Shown here: one piece after another, positions 1 through 12,482 of the stretch
How positions within the stretch are numbered: position 1 is the stretch's first letter
How the letters are laid out: every line of letters begins with the position of its first letter
DNA from: Podarcis cretensis
Lineage: Eukaryota
Direction: 5' to 3'
Assembly (NCBI GenBank): GCA_951804945.1
Contig: OX638151.1
Coordinates: 44,330,001-44,394,000 of the forward strand
Length of the DNA: 64,000 nucleotides
Notes under the pieces: generated by a model
The model's input: only the letters and a program-made list of their open reading frames with translations
What the model was told of the DNA's origin: nothing
Databases searched by the model: none
Translations under genes and position numbers: made by a program

Positions 1-1994
1 TCTGTGACTTGATTTGGAGAAGAGAAGTAATTTAATATTTTTCAATTTTGTTTGATTTTTGTGCAAAATGGAAAGGAGTAAATGTTTTTTCCTCTTCTTT
101 CCTGATAGGGCATGCAATGAATTTTTGATAGAATCAGAGCTGTCAGCAGCTGTACCTTGCAAAATATTTTGCAACTTGATGGGCTTCTCATGCCAAAGAG
201 ATTATAGTCTACTTAAGGCTTTGTTATAATTAATATATCCCAATAGGTCCTCTTAGAGTCTGCATATGACCATCTATTTCAATGACATGACACACCTATA
301 AATTATATTTGTTCCTGTAATGTAGGCAGAAGTATGTAGCTCACCAAATGTGAAATAAAAACAGAACACAGCTTTAGTGATAAACCAGTACTGGTATGAT
401 TCAAAATACTTTCCACTGAGAGAGGGTAGATATTCTTCCCTCCCCCTCCCCAATTTGAATATTGGGACCCGACCTGTTGCAAACATGCAATGCACCATAG
501 TGGAAATAGCCTAAAACTATGTTTTAAAATCTGATTTAAAGACAAATCACCCATAGATACTGCTAAGTGCTACTGAATTCAGTGGTTCTTATTCTCAGGT
601 AAAGGCACTAGGATGGCTGCCTCAGTTCGGGACAAGAATAGATCAGGTATAGAAAGAATTGTGACCTGTCGTTTATGTGCTACGGGAATGAGCTAATAAT
701 GTAGCTGAGCTAAACCTATTATATATGGCTCAGAAAGACTAGCTCAAGAAGAGAAATGTACCATTTTTAGTATTTATGAGATTACAGAATTGTTTAATGA
801 AACTCAAAACAAGATTAATGAATAAATTTGTGGTTATCAGACTGATCAAACAAGGAAGAATTCTGTTGGAAAGGAAATTATTTGCTCTGCGCATGGGAAT
901 TGCCTTTTAAATAAAATTTCAGTGTCCATTCAAGATCTAGAGATAAGAAGTATTCCAGAGTTAATTGGCAGAGAACAAACACAGGGTAATATTTTGGCTT
1001 CATTGTACCCATGATTCTGCAGGAATTCAGACTCAATAGCTTTATTTTGGAATGTAGAAGAGAAATGCAACCGTATCTACAACTCATTCCTACCACTAAG
1101 AATTTAGGAATGCTAACTATTGTGCCCCAGTGTTCAGTGTGTAGTTTTAATCTAATCCATACAAATTGATCCTAGTTCAAGTACCTTGGCAGCTGATTTT
1201 ATCCACTTTTTGCTTTGCATTGTAGACTATGTTCAGGGGGATAAAGTCTCTTGCTGTCCCGTCTGTATTTAGTGTCTGACAGTATGTGTCTCAGATCATG
1301 GCATCTTGGGTCTAGCTGGTTGTCAATCACGCATTTAAGAAACAAAGGGAAATGCTACAGAGGAGCTTCCTTCCAAGGTTATGTGCACGGACCATGCTCA
1401 GAAGGGTCCACCCTGGCTATGCCTAATGCTGGCCTTGTAATTGCACTTTGAAGGAATACAAACCACTCAAGAGTTCAACATGGGCGTCTTGTAGCAGCCG
1501 GTCATTGATTTGCTGTCAGAAGATAATGAAGGCCAAGGTTATTGTCACAAAATGACACTGTAAGCTAGCATACATCATCTTCACCTTTACCTCTTCCTTG
1601 TTTTATTTTATTTTGTTTTTAATTTGCCTTTCCCTCTGGATCAGATGCTATTTTAAACTGGCATTCTCCAATCTAGGGTCACAGTGTAAACCTATAGAAG
1701 TTTACTCATAAGTAACTGAGTTTGGTGGGCTTATTTAAGTAGATCTAGCATGGCAGTAGTGTGACCTGGTCTGCCACCATGTAAGATTCCACAGTTTCCG
1801 TCTGCATCTTGGTGTCCATCTGCTCTTGTAATATTAGTTGTTGTGTTGAACTCTGCCTAAGCCTATGGAACCAGAATGGCAATAATATTTATGGCAATAT
1901 GTGCTATATCTGGTATTCGAATGGGAATGTGTTGAAGTAGTATATATGAGTTTAACACGGCTCTATCCCTTGACCTGCATGGTGATTATGATGC

Positions 1995-2665
1995 TTTATT
2001 AAATTTGTATACTGCACTTCAACTGAAGATCTCAGGGCAGTTCACAGCATAAAATACAGAATATAACAACAAAGTACTTAATAAAGACAAGAACAAAAAC
2101 AAAATAAACCAATAACCCCTCCTTCCACAAACGCGTGTTAAACTACAGTGGTACCTGAGGTTACATATGCTTCAGGTTACAGACTCCACTAACCCAGAAG
2201 TAGTGCTTTCAGATTAAGAACTTTGCTTCAGGATGAGAACAGAAATCGGGCTCCAGCGGTGCGGCAGCAGCAGGAGGCCCCATTAGCTAGAGTGGTGCTT
2301 CAGGTTAAGAACAGTTTCAGGTTAAGTACGGACCTCCGGAACGAATTAAGTACTTAACCTGAGGTACCACTGTACACAGATTGTTAATCAGCCAAAGACC
2401 CAGTTGAAGAAGAACATTTTCACCTGGTGCAAAAAGAAGTATAATGAAGGTGCCAGATGAACCTCTCTGGGGAGAACATTCACAAACAGGGAGTCACTGC
2501 AGAAAAGTCCGTGTTGCCACCCTCCAGACCTCTTGTGGAGGAAGTATGCAAATGGTGATGAACACAGAGTCTGGGTCAGCTCATATGGGAAGAGGTAGTC
2601 CTTGAGGTATTGTGGTCCTGAGCAGTTTAAGGCTTTATAGATTAAAACCAGCACTTGGAATTGGA
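1995..2665 (-). mobile_element. L2 LINE 3' fragment, interrupted by a MITE
   Basis: Translation LVLIYKALNCSGPQYLKDYLFPYE resembles the L2 ORF2 C-terminus. The 3' tail is similar to the copy at 56715-57130. Confidence 0.75.
2146..2372. mobile_element. Tc1/mariner (pogo/Tigger-like) MITE, family A
   Basis: TA|CAGTGGTACCT...AGGTACCACTG|TA: terminal inverted repeats with TA duplication. Related copies at 15795, 30641 and 35814. Confidence 0.9.
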
Positions 2666-4852
2666 AACCCTATAGCTACTGCAGCCTTCAAGAAGGGTAG
2701 TTACACAAATCATCAAAAAACCCACCCCCCATGACCTTCATGTAATTCAGCAACTATGGGCATTTCGCCCTTACTTACTTTGTGTCTCACCTTAATGTAA
2801 TTTACTTGTCATTTTTTCAAACAGCTTCCGATAAATTGACAGATAAAACATTATGTTTGTGAGGGGTGGTGTGTGTGCAATCAACCACATTTGAAACAGA
2901 GCAGGCAGGAAGATTCCATGAGCTGACTCAAGGGCTCAGTCAGAGGAGAAAGAATGTTATTCTAGGGTGGAACACAAATTGATAATAGGAACAAAATTGC
3001 CACATCATTTCCCAAGAATAATCCCATTAACTGGAGCAGAATCTACTTCTTTCTAAATTGATTTTGGCATTATTATACTCCATCCACTCAACATTATTCC
3101 AGAAGTCTGGTACCCTACACCATAATGGGGAGCATGGGGGTGAGGAAATACACTGCTGTGTACCGTACTTCTTCTTTTGTGTATTCTTAACTTTTAGTGA
3201 GGTGTAGTATTGTGGATGTATCAAAACCTTCGCAGCTTCGGTGACTCTGGAATCATCTAACAAGCATTTTCTTCCATTATAAACTCACAACGCTTACAAA
3301 TCGTGTGTGTTTGAAATTCCGTCAGGCTGAAGGTGGAGGCACAAATGTTGCTTTGCAAATGGGTTTACGGAGAATAGCATACATCAATTAACCTATTTTA
3401 AATTGTGAGGAATTGGAAATGTTCGTCATTTTCTTTGCCCTGTACTAAGCTTTTAATCTAAGCTCATGAGAGGATAAAAAAGCTTTAAACAACTGACTTG
3501 GAAAGCAAAGAGAAGAGAAGTTCTCTCAGATGTATGATTTTAAAAGCTTGTGTTACATATCTAGAAAGCACCAGTCCTCTCCTTTTTATACCCTTTTATA
3601 ATGGGAAAACACACAGGATGCTCAAGGAAATGAAATTGACAGGTGCATTTCAAGCCAAGTAAATGAACCGTTTCTTCCCAGAGCAATAAACTAGCTAGTA
3701 ATTTTGATTGGCACAAGAGATTATCAAGGCAAATACGCAATCCAGTTTCTTCATTTAAAAAGAAATGATAATGTCCACAAACATTGGAAGTATAGATCCT
3801 TTCCCCCTCCAGTGCCTGTGAAAAGTATTTTTCTGCGATATGTTGAGTTACTGGCCTCAATGTAGACAATGCTAAACTGGGCTTACTGGGTTTCCTAGCT
3901 CAAAAGGAAATTGCACTACGAATGATAGCAGAAGGCCGAATGTCGGGGAAGTCAAACATAGCAACTGCTTTCTCTTAAAACTCCTGCCAGAATACTGCAA
4001 TTCTCAGCAGCACCCTGGAATACTGAGAACAATGGGAACTACATTCCCCATGATTCTCAGCATTCTTGGAAGGTGCTGTCATCATGTGCATCTGTTTGCA
4101 GGGCTGTGGGCTCATTTCACTAACCTGATGCCATGGAAGAGCCTGATGCCTTGAACCCTTGGCAAACAGTTCAGGCCTGGAGACATTAGGGCTGTAAAGA
4201 TTAATTTCAAATTAAAACAGAATGGGTATGGAAGGACACATAAAATGCAATGGCTGAATCTTCCCACCTTCCCACCTCAATAGTAAACTACAACAATAGT
4301 ATCTGAGCTCAAATGGACATAGGAAGAATGTAAAAGAAACTTAAATAACATTAAAATAAATGACCCCACCCTATCTGATCCACCAAATGTTTGCTCGCAT
4401 TGAATGGCTTTATTTTGCACAGGATATGGTTCTGGGTAGCATCAATGGGAAGGCAGTTACTTAACTGAAGAGCAGCGTTTTAATGTACCTTTTTACATAT
4501 CCACATGGTGTTCTTACCTTGCTTAAGGTTCAAGCTAGTGCATGCCACCTCTGAACCGACATGTCTACAAATGTAAAGAACCTTGTATTGTCACAAGCTG
4601 GTAAGGTTATAGGTACATTTTCCCTTGGCATGAGATCCAGAGAAATTAGAGATGGCAGCCTAGCTAGGCCCTGTGCCAAGTGAGAACCAGGATGGTGGTT
4701 GGACTTTGGTTGGTGACAGGAACCCTTAATAGAATTGGTTCCATGTAACAGCCTTACTCAATTGTCCTCGGGGGGCAGTCATGCTTGTGCTCCTCTAAAT
4801 GGTTTAAGCACCTCCTGGATTGAGGTTCTAGCCTTCCCGGAGCTCATCTTGG

Positions 4853-6692
4853 TTTTTTTTTTTTTTTAATTAATTTTTTAGAAAAAATTTCTTTTACAAA
4901 TTTAAATAACACATTCACATACACTATAATGCCAAATTCTTTTGGACTTCCCCCCGCTCCCTCCACAATCCTCATAATTTTATATTTATTTCACATTTCC
5001 TTTATAATTGTATTGCCAGTTAATAAATCTTTACAACTCTTAACCCTCTCGCAATACCCTTTCTCATCACAAAGCCTCTTTAAATCCAACTAGCGTTGTT
5101 TGTTCATCACAAATATTTTCCAGATAAATCGTAAACTTTCTCCAGTCCTGTGTGAACTTGTGATCTTTCTGGTATCTAATTTTCCCTGTCAGTTTATCTA
5201 GTTCAGCAAAGTCCATCAATTTCCGTCTCCATTCTTCCAATGTTGGTAATTCTTCTTGTTTCCATTTTTGAGCCATTAAAATTCTTGCCGCAGTCACCGC
5301 ATATTGAAAAAGTTTATAATCACTTCTATTAATTTCTCTTCCTGTAATTCCTAACAAGAAAGCTTCTGGTTTCTTCACAAACGTGTATTTAAACATCCTT
5401 TTCAACTCATTATATATCATTTCCCAGAAGCCTTTTACTTTCTTACACTCCCACCACATATGGTAAAATGTCCCTTCCCTCTCTTTACACTTCCAACATT
5501 TGTTACATGTCTTATACATTTTTGCTAATTTTACGGGAGTGATATACCATCTGTATACCATTTTCATAATATTTTCCTTTATCGTCATGCATGCAGTGAA
5601 TTTCATATTTTCCTTCCACACCTTCTCCCAATCTGCTAACTGTATATTATAACCAAAATCCCTGGCCCAATGTATCATAACTGATTTAACTTCTTCGTCC
5701 TTTGTTTGCCATTCCAATAACATTTTGTACATTTTTGACAATACCTTATAATCATTATTAATTATTTCTTTCTGGAATCTAGACTCTCCTTCAATATATT
5801 TCCTCTCTTTACAATCCTTCTTAAACATCTCATTTGTTTGGAAGTAGTGCAACCAATCATATACATATTTTTTAACTTGTTCATATGGCTTCAATTTCCA
5901 TTTCCCCCCTTCTTTAATTACAATGTCTCCATAAGTCTTCCATTCCTCTCTCATATTTATCTTTTTGACACTCATGACCTCCAGTGGGGATAACCAATGT
6001 GGTACATTTGGTTCCAAAATATTTTGGTACCTGTCCCATGTTTCTATAAGGGCACCTCTGAAAATGTGGTTGGCAAAACTTTTATGAGCTTTCTTCTTTC
6101 CTAACCATAAGTAGGCATGCCAGCCAAACCTATTGTCAAACCCTTCCAAGTCCAGTAGCTTGTTATCTTTTAGTGTTATCCAATCCTTTATCCACCAGAG
6201 ACAAGATGCTTCATAGTAAAGTTTCAGGTCCGGCAGGGCGAAGCCACCTCTTTCTTTCGCATCAGTTAGTAGTTTAAATTGTATTCGTGGCTTTTTGCCC
6301 TGCCAGATATATTTTGAAATCATTCTTTGCCAATCTCTGAAGATCTTTGTCCCCTTGATTATTGGGATCATTTGAAATAAAAACAACATCCTTGGAAGCA
6401 CGCTCATCTTGATTGAAGAAATTCTGCCCCAAAAAGATAACTTCATCCTACTCCACACTTCGAGGTCTCTCTTAATATTGTTCCAAGTTGTCACATAATT
6501 GTTTTGGAATAAGTCAATGTTTTTTTGGGTTAACCATATTCCTAAATATTTTACCTTCTTCGCCACTTCCATCTCTGTTTCTCTTTGCACTTCTTCAATC
6601 ATACTTTGATCCAAGTTCTTCACCATAAGTTTAGTTTTCCTTTTATTTAATACAAATCCGGCCACTCTTCCAAATTGATCAATTTCTTTTAT
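4853..6692 (-). mobile_element. 5'-truncated L1-clade LINE with poly(A) tail and target-site duplication
   Basis: T15 run at 4853-4867 (poly(A) on minus) and about 200 nt of 3'UTR with a G-rich tract. Direct repeat GCTCATCTTGG(T) at 4842-4852 and 6693-6703 flanks it. Confidence 0.95.
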
Positions 6693-6698
6693 GCTCAT
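5067..6698 (-). CDS. L1 ORF2 C-terminal half (late RT motifs to CCHC zinc knuckle), 543 codons, no stops
   Basis: Motifs GFVLNKRKTK, VKYLGI, LSFWGRI, LPRMLFLFQ, GKKPRI, GGFALPDLKLYY and CWKC..HMWWEC are typical of L1 ORF2. Endonuclease and the YADD catalytic motif are absent because of the truncation. Confidence 0.9.
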   Translation of the reverse strand: MSIKEIDQFGRVAGFVLNKRKTKLMVKNLDQSMIEEVQRETEMEVAKKVKYLGIWLTQKNIDLFQNNYVTTWNNIKRDLEVWSRMKLSFWGRISSIKMSVLPRMLFLFQMIPIIKGTKIFRDWQRMISKYIWQGKKPRIQFKLLTDAKERGGFALPDLKLYYEASCLWWIKDWITLKDNKLLDLEGFDNRFGWHAYLWLGKKKAHKSFANHIFRGALIETWDRYQNILEPNVPHWLSPLEVMSVKKINMREEWKTYGDIVIKEGGKWKLKPYEQVKKYVYDWLHYFQTNEMFKKDCKERKYIEGESRFQKEIINNDYKVLSKMYKMLLEWQTKDEEVKSVMIHWARDFGYNIQLADWEKVWKENMKFTACMTIKENIMKMVYRWYITPVKLAKMYKTCNKCWKCKEREGTFYHMWWECKKVKGFWEMIYNELKRMFKYTFVKKPEAFLLGITGREINRSDYKLFQYAVTAARILMAQKWKQEELPTLEEWRRKLMDFAELDKLTGKIRYQKDHKFTQDWRKFTIYLENICDEQTTLVGFKEAL

Positions 6699-7730
6699 CT
6701 TGGTAACTCATTTAGTATGTTGACTTAATTGAGGTGCTAAAGTATTTTCTGGTTTGTTTGCTGTTTCCAGTAGGAGACATGAAGTTAAACGGAACCAAAC
6801 CTTAGCACATTTCCCCTCAAATATTTTCCAAAATATTTACATTGTACACTTTTCCTCAGGAAGGTGGTCCGGCAAATGTGCTTACACAGAAGATGCTCCA
6901 ATAATTTAACAGATTTATTACAGAAAATGATACTAAACAGCTATTTTATATGTCAGCTTTAAAGCTTGTGAAAGGCAACTAAACACATGCATAAGACCAG
7001 TACATAAATCAGCCCAATAAAACAGCTTTGTAAATATTTATGCACTCAGTGCTCTCAGTTTCACGCTCGCTTCCTTTACCTCCACCTCTTAAATTTCCTC
7101 TCTCTTTAGTTTATGGCTGTGAGTGGTTTTGGTTGTCTGCCTGGCATTGCTTAATTACTTACTGCTTCCTCTGGTATCATGTACCATAATCCTAAATCTT
7201 CACAAACTCTGATTACCTTAGGAATTGGATGCAGTTATTCCATTAAGTCTAAATGGAACCCTTGTGGGAGTAAAAGGGGACTCTACAGGGTGAATTTACT
7301 GCCTCAGTGGTAGTAACCCATTGGAGGTAGCAGCCAGGCAAAAGTGGGCAAAGGGCCAATCCCCACTGCTAGTGAAAGAGCCCACAGTTCTGTGCTGATT
7401 TCTTCCTCTTCCCCATATTAGCTCTGGTGCCTTCTTGCTCAGGCAGCTGGAGGGCAGTTCACTCAGTCAGCCTTTCCGTTTCTTTGAGGCATTGGAATGC
7501 TAATGGAATTGAGATATTGAATGGGGGTGTACAGAAATGGGGAACCTCCGGGCCTTGTTGCACCACATCTTATTATCCATGACGACTGGCCATGTTGGCT
7601 GTGGCTGATGGAAGCTGGAGCGAAGGGCAAGCAGGGCACAGTCCTGTTCACAGTCAGTGAACACGTGGCGCAATGATAGGACAGTCCGCTTTGCACCTCA
7701 GTATAAAAGGCTAGTTCATATACATTTAGA

Positions 7731-7902
7731 AACATAGGAAGCTGCCATACACTGAGTCAGACCATTGGTCCATCTAAGTCAGTGTTGTCTCCACTGACCG
7801 GCAGCAGCTACAAGATTCTAGACTGGGTTCTTTCCCAGTTCTACCTGGCAGTGCCAGTGATTGAACCTGGAACCTTCTGTATGCAAAGCAGATACTTTAT
7901 CT
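7731..7902 (-). mobile_element. tRNA-derived SINE (Squam3-like)
   Basis: Its reverse complement matches the copy at 16110-16283 (GGTTCAATC B-box, ATGGACCAATGGTCTGACT, CCTATGTT tail). Confidence 0.75.
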
Positions 7903-10900
7903 CTTTAAATTTCTTGATGTGTTATTACTTGGTTCCTCAACACATTATGATTTGTGACTGAATATGTGAACTGAATCTACTGCAGAGTAATTTTGTTCAT
8001 TCATTAATCACTCCCTTCTATCTTTCCATCCAGTGGGCCCACAAGATGGTATACAATTTGTGTATGCAGTGATTGCTCTATGGTGGGTCACTGGTGCATG
8101 CAAGTCAGTACTTAATGTTGCAGTTGCCAGGTGATGGCCACACATGTGCAGACCAGCCCAAAGTGACGAGAGGTCTCCCATATGATAAAATTGCCAAGTA
8201 TCACACCATGCGAAAGCTAGAAAGCAAGGATCTCTGAAAAAGTTGTTGACATGATCTTACCATGTTACACGTGTTTCACTCATTGGAGCATTTTTACTAG
8301 TAAATATAGAGGGGAAACCACCTCATGGTGAGTACTTAACCGAAAAGGTAGATCAACCCCTGGGCCATTTGCAAATGGTTACTATTTAGTTTCATAGAAA
8401 AGGGTTGGTGCCGTTTCTTGTGGGGAAATGGGGTGCTCCCTCCAATGACTTAATCTGGCACATTCTGGTTGGACCCTATTTTAATCACCCTGTGCTGGAA
8501 AGACGCAGCTGACTATTAATCTAACTATGCTATGAAAAGTTCTGGAGCTTTGCCATAATGGGAAAATTAACATGCTATCTAAGAACTCTGAGAGATAATA
8601 AAACTACAGACTACACAAACTGGCAAGATTTTATTTCGTTTATTGATAATAATGATGCATACATACAGGTGCCAGACGAATACACCTGTTTCTTCTTTTA
8701 GGAGCCAGTGTAAAAAGCAGCTGCTTTCAAACCAGCAACATGCTGACTTCTTACAAAGCAAAATGATAGTTTTCCCTTTAACTATCTAACCCAGCTCACC
8801 TCCCTATATTTTACAACATATCCTCTTGCTTATTCAACTTTTTGCTATCATGGGCTCCTTGGGGAGGAAGGTTGGTACATAATTTCAATAAATAAATAAT
8901 ATGCAGGTGGCTGTACTGATCCTACATTATTTATGTTTCGTATTACGTTATGTGTTCATTTCTTTGAGATATATAATTTTCAAAATTAGCACACCCCCAA
9001 AGAAAAGAAAAAGAAAGAAGAGCCCTGGTGCCATTTGGGGTTTGTTTCTAAGTTTCTTCCTGCTGCTATAGCTATACTACAAGATTATTTTTGTAAATAG
9101 CATGAAGAACTGCCAGCAAGAATTTATAAATGTTTGATCAAATGGGTTGTTTTCCTTTGCTGAATGACACTGATCCTGAATAGTTTACACCACTGTACAA
9201 ATCTTGCAGCTGCAGAGTGATTGCCTTTAAAACACTGACATTTCCAGTACATAATATTGCAAGTAATTAGTGACACCAGGGCATTACATGTGTTCCTTGT
9301 GCTACAAACAAGCAGCCTTGCTCTGTCTTCATCTCTGTGTGTGAATGTAAATCAGGAATAATGGCAGTGCAGTTAATAGGGAGTACTGGTCCCATCAGAT
9401 TAGTGGGGAAGAAAGCATAAACCGTTATCAGTCTAGATCCATCCTGTATGCTAGTAAAGCAAAAGGTGCTCAGGTTTGCTTTGGAATGTTGCCCCAGAAT
9501 GAAATCCCATAGTCAAGAGATGCTGACAGGCATGTAGGTCTATAATAAATGCCTTTTTCAGTTGCTGCTTTCTAAACATGTGTTGAGAACAATTCAGAAA
9601 ATGAATAAAGGTGCCTATTTACACCAACACCACAACTGCTACTACAATTGTTGACTAGTTGTCTATTATCTCTACAGTGTTCATTATTTCAGCAATCCTC
9701 ACAATGCTCCTGTAAGGTTGGCCGGTATTAATGCCCCCTGAAATAGTATATTTTCTGGAGCCATTACTGAGTTTGTGGCTGAGGAAGGATTTGACCTGGG
9801 GATTTAACTGGCTCACATTCTTAGCCACTATGTTCTTGAGGATCAATTTGCTTGTGCTGGGCATTTTAGGTGTTGCAAGCCCCTTGGCCATTTCTGCAGA
9901 CACATTTTGTATTTTATTGTGTGGCTAGGGAAATGGAAGCCCTCAGAATTGAAGTTGTGAATACGTTTCACCGTTGTGTATTCTGCATCCTGCTGTCCCG
10001 CATGGACTCTTCCCCCAGGCTCTGTGAAGATTCGGAATAGAGACCCTGTCTCCACATTGGAAAACCTCCCATGGAAATGAAACTGTCTCAGCACTGCTGT
10101 GATAGAAAGCCTCTTTGTTTAACATGAAGCATAGAGAGAGCTATTGTGCTGCCGAACTAAGGTGTGCAAATTGCTTCCACCCCTGTCACTTTCTAACAGG
10201 ATAATGTAAAATCATTCTGCAGGGACAGGAAAAATAATAATTTGTTAATTCCCCTCAGTATTCCACACTTCTTCGCCGTGTAGCTAATTTTCTCTCAATA
10301 CCTTATTAACATTCACAATGGCTTTGCAGGCCCACCCTAATAGCTCTCCACTGAGGCAGGAACTGTGAAGGTGAGAGCTGACAAAGATGCTATGATGATT
10401 TTTCTCCCTTCCACGCTTCTAGGGTTTATTATTCTGGCTTCCATCCTTTGAGGGCCATCCAGATGATGAGAGTGGCCAAACTCCAGTGCAGTCACAACTT
10501 GTTTCCTCAGGCCCTGGAAACCTTGAAGGAGGTTAGTTTTGCTCGCTCTGCTTCTACCCATTCCCCTTTCCTTTGCTCTCTAACTGCTGCCATTTTCCTG
10601 ACCCTCCCAGCTCACCCCCGCTGCTGAAATATTAACCACCAGTCGTTTTCCACCCACCCCACCTCCATATTTCCTTTTATCCACACTGGTACCGTGGGCA
10701 ATAGCTGTGCAGCGAGGTGATGAGTCATTGCTACTTACCTAGTTTTCAGGGGTGACTTCCTTTAATATCAGTTGTTGGTAATTACTGTTCAGTAGCTGGG
10801 GGGTATCATTAATCACCCCTAACCTTGAGTGGCAAGCAGCTATTAAGATGGACGAATGAAAGAGTATTTCAGTGCCTTAGTCTGCTTCTCATGCTCCCTT

Positions 10901-11736
10901 TAAAATATTGATTATGTTCTGCCTAGCTGCGTGGGGAATACAGACTAAGGAGTAGGTGAAAACACATCTATGTGTCGGTAATCCTAGACAAGGAAGGGGT
11001 ACTATATTGATCTGAAACTTTTAGATTAGGATTTTAACATAAAAACGGCAGAGGGGGACCAAAATCTTAAATCGGTAGGCTGGTGTCAGTAGCAGTTTGC
11101 GTCTAAAATTTGATTTTTGACAGACGTCATTTTCAAATGCTGCTATTGACAATAACACCTGATTTTCAGCTGGCAGTCTGAGTCGGAAAGCAAATGCCCC
11201 GTGAATTCTGACAAGTTTTTAATTAACAATGTCTTTTAAAAGTCACTGTGAGTGGAAGACAGTGGTGGCTGTACTGCATTTTATATTGTCAGTTTGCCAG
11301 AGGGATTCTAATTGAATCAAGTGCAAAATGGATTTTAGGATAATTTTTTTGGGGGGAGTGTTATGATATTTGATTTTTTAAAAAGAAAGAAGAAACCTTA
11401 ACAGACTTCCTTTTAGAATGGTTAATAGTTTGCTGGCTGATTCAGGATTAAAATCTGTCTCAAATGCACAAATGTTCATTATATTTCCAGTGGAACATTT
11501 AGTACTTCTGCTTTGTGGACATGCTATGTGCATTCTTGCATTGTGATCACTTCATATTTGTTAAATCTGTGACCTACCTCATTCTAAGAGGTAGCAACAC
11601 TCTGTTATGCCCATTGAACAGAAGACCTTCCTATATATTAATACAATATAGTGAATTAAAATTATCACCTCAATCCTGAGCTTTAAAGGTAGCCCAAATA
11701 AGAATATTTACAGCACCTAGGGAAAAATATTACAGC

Positions 11737-11739
<3 letters not shown>

Positions 11740-11771
<32 letters not shown>
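11740..11771. repeat. (AC)n microsatellite
   Basis: About 16 perfect AC units. Confidence 0.95.
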
Positions 11772-11774
<3 letters not shown>

Positions 11775-11919
11775 ACACACATTCTGTTAATAGAATATTC
11801 TGTTAATATTCCACATGAGCTCAATTGCTTGCTACTCCTATGCTTAATTCAGCCAGCAGCTGCTGTATTTGGAGTTTTTCGTCATGAGCTTATGACGGAG
11901 TCACAAAGTGCAAGTCACA

Positions 11920-12482
11920 AAGTGTTACCAGACGTCCCTGGTTCCTGGGGACAGTCCCCAGATTTGCAAATCTGTCCCCGGAATGTCCCCAGATTTGCAA
12001 ATCTGTCCCAGGGAAACATGGCAGTGGCAGCCTCAGCAGCCCGGAGCCAGCCTGGCTCCGGCTGGCTTCAGGAGCTGCTCGCTGCCATGGTGCCCGCCAT
12101 TTTTCCTGCGCCACGGCAGCGAGCAGCTCCTGAAGCCAGTCAGAGCCAACTGCGCTAACAGGCTGGCCCCTCCTGGGCAATTGCCGCCCACCCATGACTC
12201 CCGAGCCTCCCCTGATATGTCAGAACAAAGGGGGAAGGAGATCAGGGAAGGCTCGGGAGTCACGGGCGCGCGGCGCGCTGTTGCCCAGTTTTTAAAAAAA
12301 CTCTGCGCATTTATGTTTCACAGGGTGTGAAAGAAGGGCTTTGCACCTTTATACAATATGCATGCGTGCTTGGGCCCAGGGTCTTTTGCCTCACCATCCC
12401 CACCTTGTTGCTACTCAGCTTCAAAAAAAAAAAAAAAAAAAAAAGTGCCCCTGGATTCATTGAAAAAAATCTGGTAACCATA
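11920..12482. mobile_element. GC/CpG-rich non-autonomous DNA transposon, hAT-like ends, internally palindromic
   Basis: Ends GTTACCAGA...TCTGGTAAC, subterminal TGTCCCC repeats, two long internal hairpins and a long A run. No clear target-site duplication. Confidence 0.6.

Noticed and set aside
3027-3263. VLIHPQY resembling a trypsin-like protease motif
   Set aside because: Isolated short match with no catalytic motifs or exon context.
11829-12330. Four overlapping ORFs with mirrored peptides
   Set aside because: Produced by a GC-rich palindromic element poor in stop codons.
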